From Candidatus Latescibacterota bacterium (lineage in GTDB: Bacteria; Latescibacterota; UBA2968), in assembly GCA_965204745.1 (NCBI GenBank), contig OZ242010.1, positions 3,904,001-3,968,000 on the forward strand: a stretch of 64,000 nucleotides of DNA. Reading direction: 5' to 3'. The translations under genes and the position numbers were made by a program. Under the pieces are notes generated by a model, which searched no databases, had not been told where the DNA came from, and saw only the letters and a program-made list of their open reading frames with translations. Positions 48,572 through 56,623 of this stretch are shown piece after piece. Position 1 is the stretch's first letter. The number at the start of each line of letters is the position of its first letter.

Positions 48572-49735
48572 TTGCATTCTATCGTCACACACGCGCGACG
48601 CGCTTTTGAATCGGTTTTTGATGGGCGGGCGGATGTGCTCGCGCAGGCACCGGGGCGCGTCAATTTGATTGGGGAACACACGGACTACAACGAGGGCTTT
48701 GTGTTTCCCGCGGCGATTGACCGATGGGTCGTTGTCGCGGCGCGGTTGAGAACCGATCAGCGCGTGCGGATTTACGCGGCGATGTACGATGAGATGGTCG
48801 AGTTTCGGGTCGATGACACAGCAGAGGCACAGGGGAATTGGGCGGATTATCCCAAAGGAGTGGTGCGCGAGTTTCAGCAACTCGGGCATCGGCTGGGCGG
48901 TTTTGATGCGGCGATAGTGGGCGATGTGCCCGTAGGCGCGGGGTTGGGCAGTTCGGCGGCTGTCGAGATGGCGATGGGTACGGCAATCGCTTCGTTGAAC
49001 GATATCGCGATCAGCAAACCCGATTTGGCCCTGTTGGGACAGCGTGCGGAAAATCGCTATGTGGGCGTCAACTGCGGGATTATGGACCAATTCGTCTCTA
49101 CCAATGCGCGGGCCGATCACGCATTGTTTCTCGATTGCCGCGATCTCTCGTTTGAGCTCGTCCCCCTGTTTGATGACGGGGTTCGCATTGTGATTTGCAA
49201 TTCGGCCGTGACGCGCGGGTTGACGGATTCCGCGTACAATGCGCGACGCTCCGCCTGTGAAACCGGGGTGTCGCATCTCGCCCGGGCGATGGGGACAAAG
49301 ATAGGGGCACTGCGCGACGTATCGCTGGAGATGCTCAACATGTATCGCGGCGTGCTATCGGCAACGGTTTTGAAGCGATGCCGCCATGTGATCGCGGAAA
49401 ACGACCGCACACAGCGGGCCGTTGCATTGCTCAAAGCGGGCGACCTATCGGGTTTTGGGCAATTGATGATCGCATCCCACGAGAGTTTGCGAGACGATTA
49501 CGAGGTAAGCGGGAGGGAACTCGACCTGTTGGTCGAAATCGCGTTGCGCGTGCCGGGGGTGTTCGGCGCGCGGATGACGGGCGCGGGTTTTGGCGGGTGC
49601 ATTGTCAATGTGGTCAAACGCGACGCCGTGCTAGCCCTGACCGATGCGATAAACGCAACGTATCCCCAACAAACCGGGCTGACCCCTGAGATTTACGTCT
49701 GTTCATCCGTCAACGGCGCGACGCGGATAGCGTGA
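48572..49735 (+). CDS. galK: Galactokinase
   Basis: APGRVNLIGEHTDYN, GAGLGSSAA, CGIMDQ, GARMTGAGFGG. Confidence 0.95.
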   Translation: MHSIVTHARRAFESVFDGRADVLAQAPGRVNLIGEHTDYNEGFVFPAAIDRWVVVAARLRTDQRVRIYAAMYDEMVEFRVDDTAEAQGNWADYPKGVVREFQQLGHRLGGFDAAIVGDVPVGAGLGSSAAVEMAMGTAIASLNDIAISKPDLALLGQRAENRYVGVNCGIMDQFVSTNARADHALFLDCRDLSFELVPLFDDGVRIVICNSAVTRGLTDSAYNARRSACETGVSHLARAMGTKIGALRDVSLEMLNMYRGVLSATVLKRCRHVIAENDRTQRAVALLKAGDLSGFGQLMIASHESLRDDYEVSGRELDLLVEIALRVPGVFGARMTGAGFGGCIVNVVKRDAVLALTDAINATYPQQTGLTPEIYVCSSVNGATRIA

Positions 49736-49740
49736 GGTAT

Positions 49741-49767
49741 GGGACAAGCACGGGGGCCTGTCCCTAC
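49741..49767 (-). repeat. GTAG-type REP
   Basis: Reverse complement GTAG-GGACAGGC-CCCCGT-GCTTGTCCC. Confidence 0.75.
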
Positions 49768-49847
49768 GGACGATGGAACCAGGATGGAATAAAGGATGGC
49801 TGTTGAGCTAACCGCTTGGGAGTGGAGGTGAGCGGCCTTCTCACCTT

Positions 49848-50195
49848 TTACGGCTCCCCTCTCGCGCCTTTCGCCCCTTGCCGCCTGCGCTTTTTTTTTG
49901 CGTGGCGGCTTTTTTGATTCAGGCGTTTTTCGATAGCGGATCGGCGCGGGCGGGTTTTGATGCGCGGTTTGCGCGGTTTGTTGCGGCTGTTCAGGCGGGT
50001 TTGCAAACGTGCGAGCGCGAGTTTTTTGTTGCGGTATTGCGAGCGGTGTTCTGTGGCGATGGCCGTAATGCCCGTGGGCAGGTGGGTTGCGCGGATGGCG
50101 GTTTCCACTTTGTTGCGGTGTTGACCGCCCGGCCCGGATGCGCGCAAGGGTTGGAATTGAACATCCTTGAGGAGGGCTTCGGTGTTTGTACGCAT
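49848..50195 (-). CDS. ArfB-like GGQ peptidyl-tRNA hydrolase
   Basis: RASGPGGQHRNKVETA, RSQYRNK, basic C-terminal tail. Confidence 0.8.
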   Translation of the reverse strand: MRTNTEALLKDVQFQPLRASGPGGQHRNKVETAIRATHLPTGITAIATEHRSQYRNKKLALARLQTRLNSRNKPRKPRIKTRPRRSAIEKRLNQKSRHAKKKRRRQGAKGARGEP

Positions 50196-50208
50196 GGCGA
50201 GAAATCGA

Positions 50209-51486
50209 TCAGGCGAGGCCCGCGCGGCGGAGGGCTTCGGCCATGGCATTGTCGCTTTGGGTTTCTTGCGGTTGATTGGACTTGAACGCGGCCATGTCTT
50301 CGGCTTCGGCGGTTTGCCGCGCCGCTTCTTCAACTGCGCGCACCGAGAGCGAGACGCGCTTTTTGCGCGGGTTGATTTCGCGGATCATGGCCTTGATTTC
50401 GTCGCCCACGGCCACGACTTCGCTGGGGTTTGCGAGGCGCTTGCCCGAAACGAATTGCGAGATGTGGACCAGCCCTTCGACCCCGGGTTCGATTTCGACA
50501 AACGCGCCAAAATTTTGGATGGAAACGACCTTGCCCGTGATGACGTTGCCGGTGTGGTACCGGTCGGCAACTTTGTCCCACGGGTCTTTTTTCAGCGCTT
50601 TCAGCGAGAGCGACACGCGCTCGTTTTTCTTTCCCAAGTTTTTGAGCTTGAGAATTTTCACGCGCACCTCTTGGCCTTTTTTTAAGATGTCTCGCGGATG
50701 TGCCACCCGGGTGTGGCTGATTTCCGAGACGTGAATCAGGCCCTCAACGCCATCGAGATCGACAAACGCGCCGAAATTTTCGAGGCGCACGATCTTGCCC
50801 GTTCTCTCTTCGCCTGCCGAGAGTTGGCGACGCACCTCATCGGCTTTTTTGCGGCGTTCTTCTCGCAAGTACGCACGGCGCGAAACCACCACGTTGTTGC
50901 GCCCGCGCAGTTCAACAATTTTGAACGTGAGGACTTGCCCGGCATACGCAGCGGGGTCGTGGCAATACGCGGTGTCGATTTGCGACATGGGACAAAATCC
51001 GCGCACTCCGCCGATGTTGACCACGAGGCCGCCGGCGTTGAAACCGGTGACTTTGCCCTCGATGGGCATGTCGTTTTGATGGGCTTGGCGCAAGACCTGC
51101 CGGCTGGAGGCGCGCAAGGAATGGGTCAAGCGGATTTCGCCATCCGTGCTGGCGACAAAGGCTTCGATGGTGTCGCCGGGCTTGTATTTCAACGCGCCCG
51201 ATTTATCGCGCAAATTTTGGATGTCCATCGATGCCTCGCTGCGACCGCCAAAGTCGATAAACGCGACAGAGGTCCCGATTTCTCGGATCGTGCCCGTGAT
51301 TTTTTCCCCGGGCGAGACCGTGCGATAAGTCTGGCTGTCGCTCTCTTCGAGCAAAGCGGCAAATTCCGCGCTCGGTGCATCGGCGGCGTATTGTTTGTCG
51401 AGTGCGTCAACGCTAGCTGAAGGGGGCGCGACGGATGTTTCGCCTGCGGGTGCAGCACTGCGGGGGGTGTTGTCAGAGGTGCTCAT
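50209..51486 (-). CDS. Ribosomal protein S1-like protein with four S1 domains
   Basis: GFCPMSQ, FGAFVDLDGVEGLIHVSE, FGAFVEIEPGVEGLVHISQ. Confidence 0.85.
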   Translation of the reverse strand: MSTSDNTPRSAAPAGETSVAPPSASVDALDKQYAADAPSAEFAALLEESDSQTYRTVSPGEKITGTIREIGTSVAFIDFGGRSEASMDIQNLRDKSGALKYKPGDTIEAFVASTDGEIRLTHSLRASSRQVLRQAHQNDMPIEGKVTGFNAGGLVVNIGGVRGFCPMSQIDTAYCHDPAAYAGQVLTFKIVELRGRNNVVVSRRAYLREERRKKADEVRRQLSAGEERTGKIVRLENFGAFVDLDGVEGLIHVSEISHTRVAHPRDILKKGQEVRVKILKLKNLGKKNERVSLSLKALKKDPWDKVADRYHTGNVITGKVVSIQNFGAFVEIEPGVEGLVHISQFVSGKRLANPSEVVAVGDEIKAMIREINPRKKRVSLSVRAVEEAARQTAEAEDMAAFKSNQPQETQSDNAMAEALRRAGLA

Positions 51487-51693
51487 AGTTCGTAACCTGT
51501 GGAGTGAAAAAAAAGATGCGGAAATTAGGACACAAAATTTATGAAGGATAGCGGAAATAAGCAACCGAATTTTTTTGCGAACAAAAGTCCGTGGAAAAAA
51601 AATAAAGGGAAGTTCTGAAACAAAGTTTCAAAACCGCTGTCTAAAAAAATACCTTCTATTTTCTCAACCCAATTCTTCAACAGGAGGCAAGAG

Positions 51694-52344
51694 ATGTTGC
51701 GTAAATGGGCATTGTTGTTGGGGTTGTTGACTCTGGTCATGGACGCACCGCAATGCGAGGCAGGGGCCGCGCACGGTGTGAAACGCTCTCGGCTTGAAGT
51801 GTGCGGCGGATATTGGAATCCGAGCGGAAGTTCCGAGGCGAACACAGGCGGATTGGTGCGGCAAAGCGTGGCAAATGTGATGTGGTCTGTCGCCTACAGC
51901 TATCAACGCAAAGAAAATCTGGCCCTGACGGTCCGACTCGCCGGATTGGTTGCAGAAGTTGAACAAGGTGTGGGCTGGCTGGGCATATCGCAAGGTGCTG
52001 TCGTTGTGATGCCCGTGCTTTTTGGCGTGCGATACGAATGGCCGTTGCCGCCATCCCCTTTTCGTCCATACCTCGCCGCAAGCGCGGGGCCGTATTTTTT
52101 ATCCCATAGCCGCAACGAGGTTTCGATAAGTGCGGTGGTGCAAGAAGCCAACGTTCAAGCCACCCTCGGAACGTATTTGGGCGGCGGTGTGGATTTTGCG
52201 ATTGGAAAACGCTTCATGCTCGGCGCAGGTGTGGGGTATCATTTGCTCGCGGAGCTCGCGAAAAGAAATTTCAGCGGGCCCGAAGTGTGCATATCTGCGA
52301 GTTTTTTGTGGGGAAGGGAAATAGCGCGGGTTGGCGCGAATTAG
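51694..52344 (+). CDS. Outer-membrane beta-barrel protein (OmpW/OmpA-TM-like)
   Basis: Signal peptide, PYLAASAG, YLGGGVDF, amphipathic strands. Confidence 0.65.
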   Translation: MLRKWALLLGLLTLVMDAPQCEAGAAHGVKRSRLEVCGGYWNPSGSSEANTGGLVRQSVANVMWSVAYSYQRKENLALTVRLAGLVAEVEQGVGWLGISQGAVVVMPVLFGVRYEWPLPPSPFRPYLAASAGPYFLSHSRNEVSISAVVQEANVQATLGTYLGGGVDFAIGKRFMLGAGVGYHLLAELAKRNFSGPEVCISASFLWGREIARVGAN

Positions 52345-53480
52345 GCCCGCCTCGCCTGCGATGCCCAATCCCCGCCATCCGCGATCAGATGGCGGACGAC
52401 TGTGGCAGGGTCGCCTGTGCGGTCGAGCAAGTCCATTTGCCGTTGCGCCCAGGTGGGGCGATGGGCCATGTCGAGAACGCGCTTGAGGAACGAGACGCAA
52501 CTGAGGTGGTCGGCGGTGGGAAGCAGGGCATCGACGAGTTCCTCGGCGATTTGCGGGACGGATTTGAGGTTGTGAGATGTGGAATCGACGAGTTGTGCGT
52601 CAATGCCGTAGCGCGACGCGTGCCACTTGTTTTGCCGGATGAGCATGGGGTGGCAGTCGTGTTGGTAGATGCCTTGGTCGATCTGATCGGACAGGGTACA
52701 GACCAAACACTGAATCAATGCGACCAAGCCCAAGGTGTCGCCGAGGGATCCGGGCATGTCGCAAATGCGAACCTCGACCGTGCCAAACGCATGGTGGGGG
52801 CGCACGTCCCACCAGATCTCGCGGATGGATTCGATGTAGCCAGTGTCGATGAGGTGGTTGATCAGCCACACGTATTCGCTCCAGTTCCGCATCAGGGGGG
52901 GCAACCCGGCCGTGGGCAGCCCCTCCATGATTTTTGAACGCCACGAGTGCAAGCCCGTAACGCGGCCCTCCCAAAACGGGCTGTTGCAAGACAGGGCCAA
53001 TAAGACGGGCAAATAACGCAAAATGCGGTCGCAGATCATAATGGCTTTGTCGCCGCTGTTGACGCCCACGTGGACGTGGAGTCCAAAAGTCACCAGTTGT
53101 CGGGCAGTGTCCTGAAGCAGGTTGACGAGACCCATGTATCGCTCGTTGGGCGTAATTTTTTGTTCGCGCCATGTGGAAAACGGGTGCGTGCCCGACCAGT
53201 AGAGTCGCGTGTTCTCCGCCGCCGCCGCTTTGGACAACACCCGAAGTTTGGCTTTGAGATCCGCTTCGACCTCGGCGAGGCTTTCGCAGACATCGGTGTT
53301 GAGTTCGACGTAGCACTGCATCAGTTCGGGCTTGATTTTGTCCGCGTATTTTTGGGGAATGCGATTGAGAATCGCGGCGTTTTTGCTGCACAAGGCCATG
53401 GTTTGGGCATCGACCAAAGCCAGTTCTATTTCCACGCCAACCGTGGGTTGGGCACTGGGATTAAAATCGAGTCGGGTCAT
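52341..53480 (-). CDS. YbdK-family carboxylate-amine ligase (GCS2)
   Basis: TVGVEIE, SGTHPF, GLHVHVG, NSPFW, WWDVRP, EVRICD. Confidence 0.9.
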   Translation of the reverse strand: MTRLDFNPSAQPTVGVEIELALVDAQTMALCSKNAAILNRIPQKYADKIKPELMQCYVELNTDVCESLAEVEADLKAKLRVLSKAAAAENTRLYWSGTHPFSTWREQKITPNERYMGLVNLLQDTARQLVTFGLHVHVGVNSGDKAIMICDRILRYLPVLLALSCNSPFWEGRVTGLHSWRSKIMEGLPTAGLPPLMRNWSEYVWLINHLIDTGYIESIREIWWDVRPHHAFGTVEVRICDMPGSLGDTLGLVALIQCLVCTLSDQIDQGIYQHDCHPMLIRQNKWHASRYGIDAQLVDSTSHNLKSVPQIAEELVDALLPTADHLSCVSFLKRVLDMAHRPTWAQRQMDLLDRTGDPATVVRHLIADGGDWASQARRA

Positions 53481-54688
53481 TGGGAATCTCCCTGGTTGTC
53501 GCGTGCTGGGTCAAAATAATGGATGACGCTGCGCGCGAGAATTTTCGCGCCAATCGTCAAGGCGCGTTCATCGAGGTCAAAGTCCGGGGCGTGCAATGGC
53601 GGGGCATTTCCCCCGGTTGGCCCGCATCCCAAGCGAAACAAGGCGCCGGGCACATGCGCGAGATAATTGGCAAAATCCTCGCCGCCCATGCTCGGTTCGG
53701 CGATGGCCTGAACGCCCGTTGCGCCCAATACATCGGTGGCGCTTTGGCGGATCAGATCGGTCAGCGCGGGATCGTTGTCAACCGATGGCGGCCCCACGGA
53801 AAACCGCACGTCAATGCGCGTGTCGGTGATGTTGCCCGCGCCCTGGGCAATTTTGAGAATGCGATCCATCGCGCGGGTTTGCGCTTTGGCATTGAGGGTT
53901 CGCAAGGTGCCGCGCAGCATGGCGTGGTCGGGAATGACATTGGGATTTTCGCCCGCTGCGATATGCCCGATAGACATGACAACCGGGTCGTGCGCGTCGA
54001 AGTTGCGCGGCAGGGCTTGGTAAAGCGCGGTGATGACCTGCACGCCCGCTGCGATGGGGTCTCGCGTTTCGCTCGGTCGCGCTGCATGTCCGCCTCGTCC
54101 GCGGATGTCGATTTCCATGCCCACGCAGTTGGCGGTGAGCACGCCTTGCCGAATGCCCACTGTGCCCGAGGGCCGCGAGGGGTCTAAATGCAGGCCGATC
54201 AGGCCGCAGACGTTTTGGAGCGCGCCAAAGGCGATCATGGCCAGCGCGCCGCGATTGGTTTCTTCGGCGGGCTGAAAAATGGCGCGCCAATGCACGGGCC
54301 ACGGCAACGCGGTCGCGCAATCCAACAGGCCCCAAACCGCGCCGAGCACGGTGGCGGTATGCCCATCGTGCCCACAGGCGTGCATCACCCCCGGCACCCG
54401 GCTGCGGTAGGGCACTTTCTTGACGTCTTGGATGTGTAGCGCGTCGATATCAGCGCGCAGGCCCAAGCGCGGGCCTTCCGATGCGTTGTCGGCAATCGCG
54501 CCACATCCATTCGGCCCCGGTTGCACAGCGCAGCCGGCCCGTTGCAACATATCGGTCAGGTAGCGCGTGGTCTCCACCTCGCAACCGCTGAGTTCGGGGT
54601 ACATGTGTAGGTCGCGGCGGACTTCCACCATTTTTTGTTTTCGCGCGTCGATGGCGCGGTCGAGTTTTTGCATCCAGGTGTCGGGCAT
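53477..54688 (-). CDS. M20 family amidohydrolase
   Basis: PELS, RADIDAL, MHACGHDGH, FQPAEE, GGHAARP, GEDF. Confidence 0.9.
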   Translation of the reverse strand: MPDTWMQKLDRAIDARKQKMVEVRRDLHMYPELSGCEVETTRYLTDMLQRAGCAVQPGPNGCGAIADNASEGPRLGLRADIDALHIQDVKKVPYRSRVPGVMHACGHDGHTATVLGAVWGLLDCATALPWPVHWRAIFQPAEETNRGALAMIAFGALQNVCGLIGLHLDPSRPSGTVGIRQGVLTANCVGMEIDIRGRGGHAARPSETRDPIAAGVQVITALYQALPRNFDAHDPVVMSIGHIAAGENPNVIPDHAMLRGTLRTLNAKAQTRAMDRILKIAQGAGNITDTRIDVRFSVGPPSVDNDPALTDLIRQSATDVLGATGVQAIAEPSMGGEDFANYLAHVPGALFRLGCGPTGGNAPPLHAPDFDLDERALTIGAKILARSVIHYFDPARDNQGDSQ

Positions 54689-54861
54689 ATCTCTAAAATA
54701 GGGTGATTTGAATTTTTTGCACGACAAATTGTTTTAGATGGCGGCATCTCTCCATCGCGCATTTCCGCTTGACTTCCCATTGCGTATCGGTGAAATTGTC
54801 CGCAACAGAAAACGCGGGCGTAGCCCAAACGACGCCAACCCCATCGAGAAAGGAGCAGGAC

Positions 54862-55182
54862 ATGGCGATAGCAGTAGAAGAACTCGAAAGGAATGATGCT
54901 CGGATAGAATCAAAACAAGACGAACTGCAAAGCGAACAACTCGCACTGCGGGAACGTCAAACCAGGGTTGAAGAAACCGACAAGCGGATTCTCGACCAAC
55001 TGGTATTTATCCGCGAGGAGATCAAAATGCTGGCAACCAGCGTAGATAAGCGGTTTGACGCCATAGATAGGCGAATTGATCGTGTGGATACAAAGGCTCG
55101 CTGGATCATTTCGACCCTTGTCGCGTCTTTCATTGCAGGTGGCATATTGGGTTTCAACATGCTCAACTACTTTTTCAAATAG
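54862..55182 (+). CDS. Small coiled-coil protein with C-terminal TM (copy 1, 106 aa)
   Basis: AGGAG RBS; heptads; WIISTLVASFIAGGILGF. Confidence 0.8.
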   Translation: MAIAVEELERNDARIESKQDELQSEQLALRERQTRVEETDKRILDQLVFIREEIKMLATSVDKRFDAIDRRIDRVDTKARWIISTLVASFIAGGILGFNMLNYFFK

Positions 55183-55285
55183 GAGCGCGTTATGTGGAAG
55201 CGCATCATGCGGAAACGAGAAGTGCAACGGAATTATTTGGGCGCAGCCCAAAACGACGCCAACCCCATCGAGAAAGGAGCAGGAC

Positions 55286-55669
55286 ATGGCGATATCGGTT
55301 GAAGACATCGAGAAAACCAACACTCGGATAGAATCAAAACAAGACGAACTGCAAAGCGAACAACTCGCACTGCGGGAACGTCAAACCAGGGTTGAAGAAA
55401 CCGACAAGCGGATTCTCGACCAACTGGTATTTATCCGCGAGGAGATCAAAATGCTGGCAACCAGCGTAGATAAGCGGTTTGATGCCATAGATAAGCAATT
55501 TGATGCCATAGATAAGCAATTTGACGCCATAGAAAAGCGTATCGACGCTTTGGAAAGGCGGATTGATCGCGTGGATACAAAGGCTCGCTGGATCATTTCG
55601 ACCCTTGTCGCGTCTTTCATTGCGGGTGGCATATTGGGTTTCAACATGCTCAACTACTTTTTCAAATAG
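55286..55669 (+). CDS. Small coiled-coil protein with C-terminal TM (copy 2, 127 aa)
   Basis: As copy 1 plus three extra heptads (FDAIDKQ-type, 21-bp units). Confidence 0.8.
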   Translation: MAISVEDIEKTNTRIESKQDELQSEQLALRERQTRVEETDKRILDQLVFIREEIKMLATSVDKRFDAIDKQFDAIDKQFDAIEKRIDALERRIDRVDTKARWIISTLVASFIAGGILGFNMLNYFFK

Positions 55670-55678
55670 GAGCGCGTT

Positions 55679-55939
55679 ATGTGGAAGCATATCATGCGGA
55701 AACGAGAAGTGCAACGGAATTATTTCCGAGTCGGTTTGATTACGGGCCTTGCCCTAGGGGGGCTCGCCATCTTGGGTCTGTTTTTGTGGTCGGAAACCGG
55801 GCGAAATACGCGCGGGCGTTTGGGACAGACTGTTCAGCGCGTGCGGACTCGGCTCAATGGCGGGGCGGGATCCAATGGTTCAGCAGATGTTCAGGCTCCA
55901 CCTGTAAAAGAAAAATCTGCCGATGCAAAAAAGTCTTAA
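55679..55939 (+). CDS. Small membrane protein (YtxH-like)
   Basis: AGGAG RBS; FRVGLITGLALGGLAILGLF..ETGRNTR. Confidence 0.55.
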   Translation: MWKHIMRKREVQRNYFRVGLITGLALGGLAILGLFLWSETGRNTRGRLGQTVQRVRTRLNGGAGSNGSADVQAPPVKEKSADAKKS

Positions 55940-55950
55940 AACGCGATCTG

Positions 55951-56451
55951 ATGAATTTGATTTCCAAACCCGCTGCGTATCCCATATACGCCATCGTGGA
56001 AAATGTGCGCTCCCTGTTCAATGTGGGCGCGATATTCCGCTCGGCAGATGGGGTCAATGCCTCGGGGATTTATCTCACGGGCTTTACGGGATGCCCGCCG
56101 CGCAGGGAAATCAGCCGCGTGGCATTGGGCGCAGAAGACAGCGTGCCCTGGCAGTATGAACGCGAGACAGAAACCGCGATCAGCAACTTGCGTGCAACAG
56201 GCGTGCAGGTGGTCGCATTGGAGCAAACGCCCGATAGCGTCGATTTTCGCGCCTTTCCCTATCGCTACCCGGTGGCCGTGATCTTGGGCCATGAAGTGAT
56301 GGGCGTGCGCCCCGAAACCCTGAGTTTGTGCGATGGCGTTGTCCACATTCCGATGTTGGGACACAAAGCGTCATTGAATGTGTCTGTCGCCGCGGGGATC
56401 GTGCTGTATGAGTTGTTGTCCGTTTATGAAAAACGGGAGATGGATGTTTAG
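55951..56451 (+). CDS. TrmH/SpoU-family RNA methyltransferase
   Basis: ENVRSLFNVGAIFRSAD, GHEVMG, IPMLG, SLNVSVAAG. Confidence 0.9.
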   Translation: MNLISKPAAYPIYAIVENVRSLFNVGAIFRSADGVNASGIYLTGFTGCPPRREISRVALGAEDSVPWQYERETETAISNLRATGVQVVALEQTPDSVDFRAFPYRYPVAVILGHEVMGVRPETLSLCDGVVHIPMLGHKASLNVSVAAGIVLYELLSVYEKREMDV

Positions 56452-56500
56452 CCACGAGCGGGGTACAACTGGCGACAGCCAGTTCAAAGGCGAGTAGTGT

Positions 56501-56526
56501 GTAGGGGCGATGCCCCGTGCTCGCCC
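56501..56526 (+). repeat. GTAG-type REP
   Basis: GTAG-GGGCGA-TGCCCCGTGC-TCGCCC. Confidence 0.8.
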
Positions 56527-56623
56527 GAAGATACAAGATGAAAGACAGGCAACTCCAAAAGTTACTGGACTCCGGCGAATGACGATAGGCGGATGTCTCG
56601 CCTCAAAGAAAGGATGTATCCCA

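Larger units (their letters stand above)
54816..55725 (+). repeat. Tandem duplication (units 54816-55238 and 55239-55725)
   Basis: Both units: GGGCGYAGCCCAAA..AGGAG leader, small gene, then the first ~15 codons of the downstream gene. Confidence 0.95.

Noticed and set aside
30398-48609. Repeat-derived ORFs (30398..30979, 33322..33654, 34871..35182, 47191..47394, 47298..47588, 48337..48609; also 6372..7259)
   Set aside because: Low-complexity translations of heptamer arrays ([14 protein letters not shown]); no RBS or domain.
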